This document shows positions 30,942 through 39,403 of a stretch of DNA of 64,000 bases, piece after piece (position 1 is the first letter of the stretch; each line of letters begins with the position of its first letter). Under the pieces are notes generated by a model that worked only from the letters and a program-made list of their open reading frames with translations, did no database searches and was not told where the DNA came from. This DNA comes from an uncultured bacterium (lineage in GTDB: Bacteria > Verrucomicrobiota > Verrucomicrobiia > Limisphaerales > UBA8199): assembly GCA_963749495.1 (NCBI GenBank), contig CAVVMW010000006.1, forward strand, positions 704,001 through 768,000, given 5' to 3'. Both the position numbers and the translations under genes were made by a program.

Positions 30942-32105
30942 ATGATCCTCCTGTCCCTCGCCTCCAAACAAATCTGGCCGCAGGTGCTCGCTGTCGCGCA
31001 CCTCAAGCCTGATCACGTATTCCTCCTGCACAGCGAGGACGCGACCGAGTCCAGAGGCCCCGCGCAGCGGCTCAAGCGATTCTTCGACAATTCCGGGCTT
31101 GTCTCCAAAGGCAGCACGCGGCTGGAGCCAATTCCCGATTCGGACTTCGACGCCATCGAGCGCCGACTGGATGATCTCCAGCGGGACCACCAACTTCCGC
31201 TGGCGGATTGCCTGGTGAACTTCACCGGAGGCAACAAGCTCATGGCGACTGCCGCCTTCCGCTGGGCCGCCCGCCACGCCCGCGCTTTCTACCTCGAACG
31301 CCGCAACCAACTCACCTGGTTCACCGCGCCCGACGGCAAAATGGTCACCCGCACCGAACAACTCGACGGCCATCTGACCGACGCTCTTGACCCTGTGGCG
31401 CTCCTGCGGTGCCAACTGGATGCCTCAGAAGTCCAGCGTTCCGGCCAGACGCTCCTCCTCAGTGAGGCTGGCCAGCGCCTGGCCGAGGGTGATTTCTTCC
31501 GCCGCATTCAGAGCGGCAACGACGCCCGCCCGTGGCTACGCGGCAGCGGAGACGCGGATCGTGAGGTGAAAACCGGCGACCCCCTGGAGTTCGCCACTGC
31601 CGCAGTGCTGTTAAGGCTGGGCGTAAAGCGCGTCCAACGCAGCCTGCGGCTCAAAGTGAAGTCGTCGCAGCAGACCGGCACGCGCCTGCCGCACGCGGAG
31701 ATTGATCTGCTATTCACTTGGGGCGGGCGCCTTTGGTTGGTGGATTGCAAAGACCGGAAGTCGGCGGAAAACCTGGCCGACAGCTTGTGCCGAATCCTGC
31801 CGCGGCTTTCGCCTCAGGCGGCTGAACTTCTGCATAGCGTTCGCGACGAACTCTTGATTGGCCAGACCAAAGCGATGAAGGAGGACCTGCTTGCGGTACG
31901 GGAAGCCGGTGGCCTCCTCGGCAACGTGGTCTGCGTGCGCAAAGCGGAGTTGCCCGAGGAAGTTGTCCAATACGCCAGCAACAACGCCATCGCGGTGGTG
32001 GCGAAGCGGGAGTTAGTGGAGGGCTTTCGGAATTTGCTATTCCCCAATCGCCCCGCCGATCCCAAGCAATTGGCGGACCTGGCGGCGCAGTTCCGAAAAT
32101 CCTGA
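30942..32105 (+). CDS. CARF + PD-(D/E)XK nuclease, Can2/Card1-like effector
   Basis: CARF motif VNFTGGNKLM and C-terminal EIDLLF...LVDCK restriction-endonuclease motif. Confidence 0.82.
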   Translation: MILLSLASKQIWPQVLAVAHLKPDHVFLLHSEDATESRGPAQRLKRFFDNSGLVSKGSTRLEPIPDSDFDAIERRLDDLQRDHQLPLADCLVNFTGGNKLMATAAFRWAARHARAFYLERRNQLTWFTAPDGKMVTRTEQLDGHLTDALDPVALLRCQLDASEVQRSGQTLLLSEAGQRLAEGDFFRRIQSGNDARPWLRGSGDADREVKTGDPLEFATAAVLLRLGVKRVQRSLRLKVKSSQQTGTRLPHAEIDLLFTWGGRLWLVDCKDRKSAENLADSLCRILPRLSPQAAELLHSVRDELLIGQTKAMKEDLLAVREAGGLLGNVVCVRKAELPEEVVQYASNNAIAVVAKRELVEGFRNLLFPNRPADPKQLADLAAQFRKS

Positions 32106-32145
32106 AGCAGCCACGCAAATCCGCACTTCGCTTTCCACATTTGAA

Positions 32146-32388
32146 ATGATCCTCAACCTCTCGGAACTCTACGCCGCCACCGGCACGGCCAAGCTCGCTG
32201 ATCTGCCCGCCTACGACGAACGGGTAAAGGAACTGGTCCCGCCCGGTGACGATGTCATCCTGACGGGCAATGCCCCAGTCTGGCTTTATCTGCGCCTGGC
32301 GCACTCGCTCCACGGCCGCGCCCGAAAGCTCTTTTACGATTCGCCCGTCACGGGGCCGGTCGAGATTTTCAACCATGACCCCAAATAG
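32146..32388 (+). CDS. csx3: Csx3 (Crn3)-like small protein, putative ring nuclease
   Basis: VILTGNAPVWLYLRLAHSLH...FYDSPVTG resembles the Csx3 signature. Confidence 0.7.
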   Translation: MILNLSELYAATGTAKLADLPAYDERVKELVPPGDDVILTGNAPVWLYLRLAHSLHGRARKLFYDSPVTGPVEIFNHDPK

Positions 32389-32413
32389 CGCCTGGCTCCT
32401 GGCCGGCAGGCGA

Positions 32414-32431
32414 GGACATCCGCGGACATCC
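32414..32431 (+). promoter_or_regulatory. Cas box 3 upstream of the CARF-wHTH gene
   Basis: GGACATCCGCGGACATCC; TG-G-TTGAAT with the hexamer at 32461. Confidence 0.6.
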
Positions 32432-32507
32432 CAGGGATTTCCTCGGCGGCCAACGTGTGGTTGAATGCAATCATGACAAACCAACCGGAGAGCAAGGCGC
32501 CCGAACC

Positions 32508-33731
32508 ATGAAAACACCCACGACAAAAGTTCTCGCGCGTCGAAACCCACACCCAGCCCGCGTGTCTGCCGCTGCCGCGCCGCAAGGCGAAACCATTCTC
32601 CTGGCCGTCACCGGCATGTCGCCCGCCATCTTGACGGAAACGGTCTGGGCCTTGGCCCGAGAAAACCCGCCCGTCATTCCCGAGCGCGTTGTGGTCATTA
32701 CAACCCTGCCGGGCAAGGCCCGCATTGAGGATGAACTGTTTAAGCCGTCGCCTGATTACGGCAACCGCACGGTCTGGCAGGCCTTGCGGGACGCGGTTTT
32801 CCAATTCGCAGGGGGCAGCCTTCACCTCACAAAAGCGAAGTTTGATGATCTCCTGATTTTGGATGACATCCGGCTCATCGCCAGCCGCGACGCCAAACTG
32901 GGCCGTTCATTTCCGGTGGAAGATATTCGCACCCCGGCAGACAACGAGACCGCCGCCGATTTCATTCTCGATGAAGTGCGCAAGATCACGGCCAATGCGG
33001 ACACCGCGCTCATCGCCTCGCTGGCGGGCGGGCGCAAGACGATGGGGGCGCTGCTCTACGCCGCGCTGTCGCTGCTGGGCCGTCCCCAGGACCGCCTCAC
33101 GCACGTTCTGGTCAGCGAGCCGTTCGAGGATCCCGGACTCGCGCCGCGTTTCTACTTCCCCGCCCAGCCGGAAACCCTGCACCAGCACCGCACCGGTGGC
33201 GTGCACACGAGCGCCGCCGCGCGCATCTGGCTGGCGGATGTGCCTTTTGTCCGGCTGCGGAAACTCTTTCCCGCACAACTGGGCCGTTATCCCGGTTCGT
33301 TCAATGGCCTGGTGCAGACTTACTCCGAGCGGATTCAGCAGATCAGCGGCCCCCCCGAAATCGCGCTGGGAGACGCCGGGTTGACGCTGGCCGTGCAGGG
33401 CCTCCAGGTGTCCCTGGCGCCACGCGAGTATGCGCTCCTGGCGTTTCTGAGCGAACGCTGCCGCGATGGTCTGCCGCCTTATGGCCAGCAGAAGGATGCC
33501 TTGAGTGATTTTACCGCCTGGCTCGCCGCCTGGGGCAAACGGTTTGGCCCGCTCACGCGCCAGCGCGAGGCGGCGGAAAACTGGCGCAACCCCAGTGAGG
33601 ATGATCTGCGCAAGCAGGTTTGTTCCCTGCGCGGCAAATTCAGGAAGGCCCAACTGGGCCTTTACGAGCCGTTTCTTCTGCCGAAACTCGGGCGCGGGGC
33701 CTTCGGGATACGCGTGCGCGTGGTCCCCTGA
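32508..33731 (+). CDS. NE0113-family CARF protein with C-terminal OmpR/PhoB-like winged HTH
   Basis: LLAVTGMSPAILTETVWAL, VITT, DIRT, SLAGGRKTM, QDRLTHVLV; C-terminal VSLAPREYALLAFL...LRKQVCSLRGKF...GAFGIRV; no HEPN RxxxxH evident. Confidence 0.85.
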   Translation: MKTPTTKVLARRNPHPARVSAAAAPQGETILLAVTGMSPAILTETVWALARENPPVIPERVVVITTLPGKARIEDELFKPSPDYGNRTVWQALRDAVFQFAGGSLHLTKAKFDDLLILDDIRLIASRDAKLGRSFPVEDIRTPADNETAADFILDEVRKITANADTALIASLAGGRKTMGALLYAALSLLGRPQDRLTHVLVSEPFEDPGLAPRFYFPAQPETLHQHRTGGVHTSAAARIWLADVPFVRLRKLFPAQLGRYPGSFNGLVQTYSERIQQISGPPEIALGDAGLTLAVQGLQVSLAPREYALLAFLSERCRDGLPPYGQQKDALSDFTAWLAAWGKRFGPLTRQREAAENWRNPSEDDLRKQVCSLRGKFRKAQLGLYEPFLLPKLGRGAFGIRVRVVP

Positions 33732-33752
33732 CCCCACGCAGGGTTAACTCCC

Positions 33753-33770
33753 GGACGTTTCAGCACGTCC
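33753..33770 (+). promoter_or_regulatory. Cas box 4 upstream of cas1
   Basis: GGACGTTTCAGCACGTCC; TATCTT at 33800. Confidence 0.65.
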
Positions 33771-33836
33771 AAACCCGGCCGCTTCCCGAGGAAATGATTT
33801 ATCTTGCCGGCATGAATAAATGCGTGACGTTTAAAA

Positions 33837-34925
33837 ATGCCCACGGCCTGCATTAACCAGCACGATTGCCGCGTAAGCCTCAAGAGCGAACGCTTGGAGG
33901 TTTTTGGCCGCAATGAGGAGACCCAACGCGATGAGGTTTTGCGAGAGATTCCCATTCGCGACCTTGACCGCCTGATCCTGGCCGAATCCGTGCACATCAG
34001 TTCCCCGGCCCTGGCTGTGCTGTTGCGTTCCGGCATTCCCGTGAGCCTGCTTGGCTGGGATGGCCAGTTCCTCGGCGGTTTTCTGCCGACGGCCAAGGCG
34101 CACGGCCTGGCCCGGCTCCGGCAGTACCAACGCACGCTGGACCCGGACTTTGCCCGCCAAATGGCCGGCCGCATCATCACGGCCAAGGTTTACAACCAGC
34201 GCCGGGTCCTCCAGCGCCTGCTCGCCTCCCGCGCCGACATGGGCCAGGCGCCCGCGCCTGCTGATTCCGGCGCCACCCCCGCGCCCGGTGCGCAATCCCA
34301 GACCGAAAACCAGAATTCGCAAATCCAAAACGCCCTTTCCTGGCTCGATGCGCTGTTCCATCCCATCAGCCAAAGCAAGACCATTGACGAACTCCGCGGT
34401 TATGAAGGCGCGTCCACAGCGCGGTACTTCCAGGCATGGTCGGCTTTTCTGCCGGCCCAGTTCCCTTTCGAGCGCCGGAGCACCCGTCCGCCGCTGAATG
34501 CGGTCAATGCCTGCATCTCTTTTGGCGCCACTCTCCTCTACAACGAGGCTGTGGCCTTCGTCCACACGCACGGCCTTGACCCCTCTCTGGGCCTGCTCCA
34601 CTACACCGAGGACGGCCGCTGGTCGCTGGCTCTGGACCTCATCGAACCCTTCCGCCCCGCCCTGGTCGAGGCCCTGGCCCTGGACCTCTTCAGTCATCAA
34701 ATGCTCGATGAGAAACACTTCGAGCCGAGAAACGGGGGCGTATATCTGAACGATGAGGGCCGCAAGAAATTCATTCTCCAATACGAGCGCCGCATGGAGC
34801 GGCAGTTCTTGAGCGAATGCGCCGGCCACCGCACCAGCCTGCGCCAGCAACTCGAAGACCAAGCCGTCATGCTCAAAGCCGCGCTCGAACAGCCCGAGAA
34901 ATTCGAGCCCTTCCTCATGAACTGA
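33837..34925 (+). CDS. cas1: CRISPR-associated Cas1
   Basis: LRGYEG...YF, RRSTRPPLNAVNACISFG, GLDP.LGLLH, LALDLIEPFRP. Confidence 0.96.
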   Translation: MPTACINQHDCRVSLKSERLEVFGRNEETQRDEVLREIPIRDLDRLILAESVHISSPALAVLLRSGIPVSLLGWDGQFLGGFLPTAKAHGLARLRQYQRTLDPDFARQMAGRIITAKVYNQRRVLQRLLASRADMGQAPAPADSGATPAPGAQSQTENQNSQIQNALSWLDALFHPISQSKTIDELRGYEGASTARYFQAWSAFLPAQFPFERRSTRPPLNAVNACISFGATLLYNEAVAFVHTHGLDPSLGLLHYTEDGRWSLALDLIEPFRPALVEALALDLFSHQMLDEKHFEPRNGGVYLNDEGRKKFILQYERRMERQFLSECAGHRTSLRQQLEDQAVMLKAALEQPEKFEPFLMN

Positions 34926-35308
34926 TGGCAAACCGATGGACAGACCCCAATTCAGCCGAGAAAACGGGAGATTGGTGGGGGCAGGCTTTCCCCCGGGTCC
35001 CCTATGAGAGCAAGCCGCCAGGAGAAAACGAAATGGTAGCCGTGGTGGCATACGACATTTCTGATCCGAAACGGCTCGCCAAAGCCGCCAAAATTTGCGA
35101 GGACTTTGGCGTGCGCGTCCAATACAGCATCTTCGAGTGCCACGTCGACCAGGAAGTTTTCAACGAGTTTTGGCTCAAACTCCTGGCGGTTATCGACGAG
35201 GATCAGGACCGCCTTGTCGCCTACAAACTCGATGCGCGCTGCGCCAAAGAAACCGAAACCGCCGGGACCATGGTATGTTCGGAAAAGGCGGTTTGCTACC
35301 TCGTATGA
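34925..35308 (+). CDS. cas2: CRISPR-associated Cas2 (N-terminally extended)
   Basis: VVAYDISDPKRL...FGVRVQYSIFEC. Confidence 0.95.
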   Translation: MANRWTDPNSAEKTGDWWGQAFPRVPYESKPPGENEMVAVVAYDISDPKRLAKAAKICEDFGVRVQYSIFECHVDQEVFNEFWLKLLAVIDEDQDRLVAYKLDARCAKETETAGTMVCSEKAVCYLV

Positions 35309-35507
35309 AGCCTCTTCAGGTCGCGAGATTACCACGCCCAAAAGCCGGCACCTGCCGACCTGGATGGCAAACCATTGCGGGCACTGAACTTACGCCGAAA
35401 AACTCAAAAAACAAAGCCGCCGCAGCAAGATGTGGGCCATGGAAATTTCCGCCTCGTGACCCAGCGCGGGCTTGCGCCCTTGCGCCCCAATGGGTTACAT
35501 ACCCGAA

Positions 35508-36962
35508 GGCTGGAACGTGGTGAACGCCGAAAGGCAATGGTGACGCCTCCGCGCGGCCATTGATGCCGGCGGCACTGCCGGAGGCTGGAACGTGGTGAAC
35601 GCCGAAAGGCAATGGTGACAATCGGCCGGCCAGCGGCATCTGGGATTCGAGGAGGGTGGCTGGAACGTGGTGAACGCCGAAAGGCAATGGTGACCCATGG
35701 AATCGCTTCCCTCTGATGATCCGGTACTGGTCGGGCTGGAACGTGGTGAACGCCGAAAGGCAATGGTGACAATCGGCCGGCCAGCGGCATCTGGGATTCG
35801 AGGAGGGTGGCTGGAACGTGGTGAACGCCGAAAGGCAATGGTGACACCGATTCAGCCGGTGGACGCCCCGCCGGGCGTTTCGGGCTGGAACGTGGTGAAC
35901 GCCGAAAGGCAATGGTGACCTCCGGTCGCTTTCTGGGGCTTTCGCCCCTGTTTTTCAGGGCTGGAACGTGGTGAACGCCGAAAGGCAATGGTGACGCTGG
36001 CCGCACTGCTCGCACCTGCCCGCCGCCCGCGGCTGGAACGTGGTGAACGCCGAAAGGCAATGGTGACTTTCGAGCAGTTCGTTGACTGCCCAGTGAGGCA
36101 TGCTCGGGCTGGAACGTGGTGAACGCCGAAAGGCAATGGTGACCCGATGCCCTCAACCAACGGCATGTCGTCCAAGTGGTGGCTGGAACGTGGTGAACGC
36201 CGAAAGGCAATGGTGACCATGTCGCGCCAGTCGCGGTGTTTGGCAAAGGCCGCTTCGGCTGGAACGTGGTGAACGCCGAAAGGCAATGGTGACTTGACTG
36301 CCCACCGAGGCATGCTCGAATCATCCTCATGGCTGGAACGTGGTGAACGCCGAAAGGCAATGGTGACGTCTTCATCTGTCATTACCTTTCTGGGGCTTTC
36401 GCCCCGGCTGGAACGTGGTGAACGCCGAAAGGCAATGGTGACTTGAGGAGGAATTTCACTAGTTCACCCTCTGTGCCGAGGCTGGAACGTGGTGAACGCC
36501 GAAAGGCAATGGTGACTTCGCCCCTTTCTGGGGCTTTCGCCCCTGTTTTTTCGGCTGGAACGTGGTGAACGCCGAAAGGCAATGGTGACACGCCGGGGAT
36601 TACGCACCCCGGCCCGCGTCACAGATGGCTGGAACGTGGTGAACGCCGAAAGGCAATGGTGACTCAGCATCCGACACAGGACAGTAAACCCCAATTCTAA
36701 GGGGCTGGAACGTGGTGAACGCCGAAAGGCAATGGTGACCCCCCGTCGCGGGAGGCCCTTGCGACTTCTGTTGCGGCTGGAACGTGGTGAACGCCGAAAG
36801 GCAATGGTGACTCCGCCAAGGGCCCGTTGGTTTCCCCGTCCAACTTGAGGGCTGGAACGTGGTGAACGCCGAAAGGCAATGGTGACAAAACGAACCGCTA
36901 ATCTGCGCTCATCTCCGCTTATCCGGGCTGGAACGTGGTGAACGCCGAAAGGCAATGGCGGC
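35508..36962 (+). CRISPR. CRISPR array, 20 repeats of 37 bp and 19 spacers of 35-39 bp
   Basis: Repeat GGCTGGAACGTGGTGAACGCCGAAAGGCAATGGTGAC; the leader follows cas2 and the last repeat ends degenerately (ATGGCGGC), which gives + orientation. Confidence 0.98.
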
Positions 36963-36998
36963 ATAAACCGCTAATTGGCGCTAATGGACGCTAATCTG

Positions 36999-37243
36999 AG
37001 TGGCAGTGACCGGAAGGCGCAAAGGCAGTGAGGACATCTGCTGGACGTCCGCTACGCCGGACTCGTCCATGGTTCCAGTGGTGTTAAGGCCGCAACGGAG
37101 TGACGACTGCGATAGCCGATGGGCAATAGCCAATAGCCGATGAGGTTGCCGTGACCGGAAGGCCCAGGGGCAGTAGCGGCAGATAGCCGATAGCCGATAG
37201 GTGATTAGTTGGAGTGGCCGGAAGGCCGGAAGGGAGTGGCGGC
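36999..37243 (+). CRISPR. Decayed array extension with a different repeat consensus (at least 4 units)
   Basis: 37-bp units at 36999, 37071, 37144 and 37207, consensus about RGTTGCAGTGRCCGGAAGGCCGNAAGGSAGTGRCGRC, with spacers of 36, 35, 36 and 26 nt in register with the main array. Confidence 0.7.
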
Positions 37244-37448
37244 AGCCTCGCGAGCGCCAGGGGGTGGTCAGGGTCCGGTTGCAGGGGGAGGAGGCTGAAA
37301 GGGGTGCCATGTACGCAAGCGAGCCTCGATGCCGAAAAACCGAAGGTGAGAGCCGAAGGAGATTACACGGCAAAGAACTTCTTCACGCAGAAGGGCCTGG
37401 AATGTTTGGCCAACTTGCTGGATATTTGGTGAAAATCTGAAAGAAAAC

Positions 37449-37877
37449 ATGTCAAGATCATTCACACTTTTCCTGCCGGCCACCGCTCGAATTGTCATGG
37501 GGCTGATGTTCTTCGTCTTCGGACTGAACGGATTCCTGCACTTCATTCCAGAACCCAAGACGCCGATGCCCGAGGCGGCGGGCGCCTTTGCCGGAGCGCT
37601 GATGAAAACGGGATACATGTTCCCCCTGGTCATGGGAACGCAGTTGCTCGCCGGAGTGCTGCTCCTGCTAAACCGTTTTGTGCCGCTGGCCTTGGCGCTC
37701 ATCGCGCCGATCATTGTCGGCATCGCCACGTTTCACATCTTCCTCGCGCCGTCAGGCCTCGGTCCGGGCCTTGTCGCGCTGGTGCTGGAACTTTATCTCG
37801 CCTGGGCATATCGAAACGCGTTTGGCCCCATGCTCGCCATGCGGACAGAGCCTGCGAGCGCCAAGGCGAGCAATTAG
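37449..37877 (+). CDS. DoxX family membrane protein
   Basis: ARIVMGLMFFVFGLNGFLHF...TGYMFPLV...PIIVGIATFH. Confidence 0.85.
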   Translation: MSRSFTLFLPATARIVMGLMFFVFGLNGFLHFIPEPKTPMPEAAGAFAGALMKTGYMFPLVMGTQLLAGVLLLLNRFVPLALALIAPIIVGIATFHIFLAPSGLGPGLVALVLELYLAWAYRNAFGPMLAMRTEPASAKASN

Positions 37878-38074
37878 GCGGTGGAAATAAATAAAGGCAG
37901 CAAACCGGGGGCGTCGGCGATCCAGGCCGGGATGAGCGACGCCGCGAGGGTGGAGCGGAACGAGTAATCGTCCAGACGGGTCAACGGCACCGTGATGAGG
38001 TTGTTGGGCAGGTATTGGCTGAGCTATGACTGGTGCTATGCCGACTTGGCCGAGGAAGCGCTTCCGCTTATGCG

Positions 38075-39403
38075 TCATGCCTCCGGCAGTTTCCACTCGC
38101 CGCGGAAGGGGCGCGGTTGCAAGCTGGCGTTGGGCGCGTGATCGTTTAGAAACCGCTCGGCTTGTGGATCCCATTGCAGTTTGCGGCCCTGTTTCACCGC
38201 GATTAAGGCAAGCTGGCACAGTGTGTCGGATCGCACGGCGGTCTCGATGTCGCAGATCGCCCGCCGGCCGTTCCTGATAGCATCCAGAAAATCACGGGTG
38301 TGATCGCCGCTGATCGGCAGCTTGATCGGCATCGCGCCAACCTTGTTTTTCGGGTCCTCGAGGAACTTTTCCTCATGGGCCGTGATGTCGCCGCGCACCA
38401 CATAGACCCAGCCCGAACTGCCCACGAAACGGAGTCCGTTGGTGAATCCCAGCGTGCCGTCGCTGACAAACACCACCGGGGCCGCGTTGGCGTACTCGAA
38501 GCGGACCCGCCAGCGCTCGATGGCATCGAAGGCGCCCTCCTTGGGGAATTCGCCTGTGCCTTCCACCGCGCTCGGGCCCGTCGCGTCCGTCCCGTTGCCC
38601 CATTGGGCGATGTCCAGGTGGTGAATGCCCCAGCACGAAATCATGCCCAGCGAGAACTGGGTCATGTTCTCGTGGTTGTCGCGCTGGAGCTTCGCCTCAT
38701 GGAAGGGCGTGAACGGCGCCGGGCCCACCCAGCGGTCCCAATCCAGATAATCGGGCACCGGTTGTTCGGCAAAGGCGGGGCCGTGCCTGCCTCCGGGCAC
38801 CGAGACCTGGATCTCCTCGAGCTTGCCCAACCGCCCGTTCAGCGCCAGTTCGCAGGCCAGCCGAAATCGCCAATCGGATCGCTGCTGCGTGCCGAACTGG
38901 AAGACGACGCCCTGCTTGCGCACCGCCGCCCGCACCCGCCGCGCCTCCTCGAATGACAAGCCCATCGGTTTCTCGTGGTAAATGTGCTTGCCGTGCAGAA
39001 CCGCGTCGAGGGCCGGCACGCTGTGCCAGTGCACCGGCAAGGCCATGAGCACCGCATCAATGGAACGGTCCGCGTTCAACTCTCTGAAATCGCTGAACAC
39101 CTTCACGTCGGGGCTGCCGTAGGCGGCGGCGATGTGGGCACGCGCGCTCTCGATGTTGCGCCGGTTCACGTCGCAAATCGCGGTCACCCGCGCATCTGCT
39201 TTGCCCAGGAAGTTGCGCATGTCCGGCTGTCCTTGCGCCCCCACGCCCAGGACACCGACAGTGATTTTGCCGGACGGCGGTGTCTGACCATCAGCCCCCA
39301 GCACATGGGCCGGTGTGCACAAGGGAGCCGCGCTGGCGGCCAGGATGGATTTGAGGAATTGCCGCCGGTTCGGCGCGAAGCACTTGAGGGCAATGGGATT
39401 CAT
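38075..39403 (-). CDS. Tat-exported Gfo/Idh/MocA oxidoreductase
   Basis: NRRQFL, GVGAQG, HWH, YHEKP, GTQQRS, WGIHHLD. Confidence 0.92.
   Translation of the reverse strand: MNPIALKCFAPNRRQFLKSILAASAAPLCTPAHVLGADGQTPPSGKITVGVLGVGAQGQPDMRNFLGKADARVTAICDVNRRNIESARAHIAAAYGSPDVKVFSDFRELNADRSIDAVLMALPVHWHSVPALDAVLHGKHIYHEKPMGLSFEEARRVRAAVRKQGVVFQFGTQQRSDWRFRLACELALNGRLGKLEEIQVSVPGGRHGPAFAEQPVPDYLDWDRWVGPAPFTPFHEAKLQRDNHENMTQFSLGMISCWGIHHLDIAQWGNGTDATGPSAVEGTGEFPKEGAFDAIERWRVRFEYANAAPVVFVSDGTLGFTNGLRFVGSSGWVYVVRGDITAHEEKFLEDPKNKVGAMPIKLPISGDHTRDFLDAIRNGRRAICDIETAVRSDTLCQLALIAVKQGRKLQWDPQAERFLNDHAPNASLQPRPFRGEWKLPEA

Noticed and set aside
32508..33731. Classical Csm6 HEPN ribonuclease
   Set aside because: The C-terminus looks like a winged HTH, and I see no HEPN RxxxxH motif there.
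33837..34925. RT-Cas1 or Cas4-Cas1 fusion
   Set aside because: 362 aa with no YADD motif or Fe-S cysteine cluster; it carries only a short low-complexity insertion.
35545..36925. Spacers targeting the integrative element in this window
   Set aside because: No match found by eye; a computational alignment is needed to exclude it fully.
35316..36964. ORFs with repeated SPLPFGVHHVPA peptides
   Set aside because: Translation artefacts of the CRISPR repeats.
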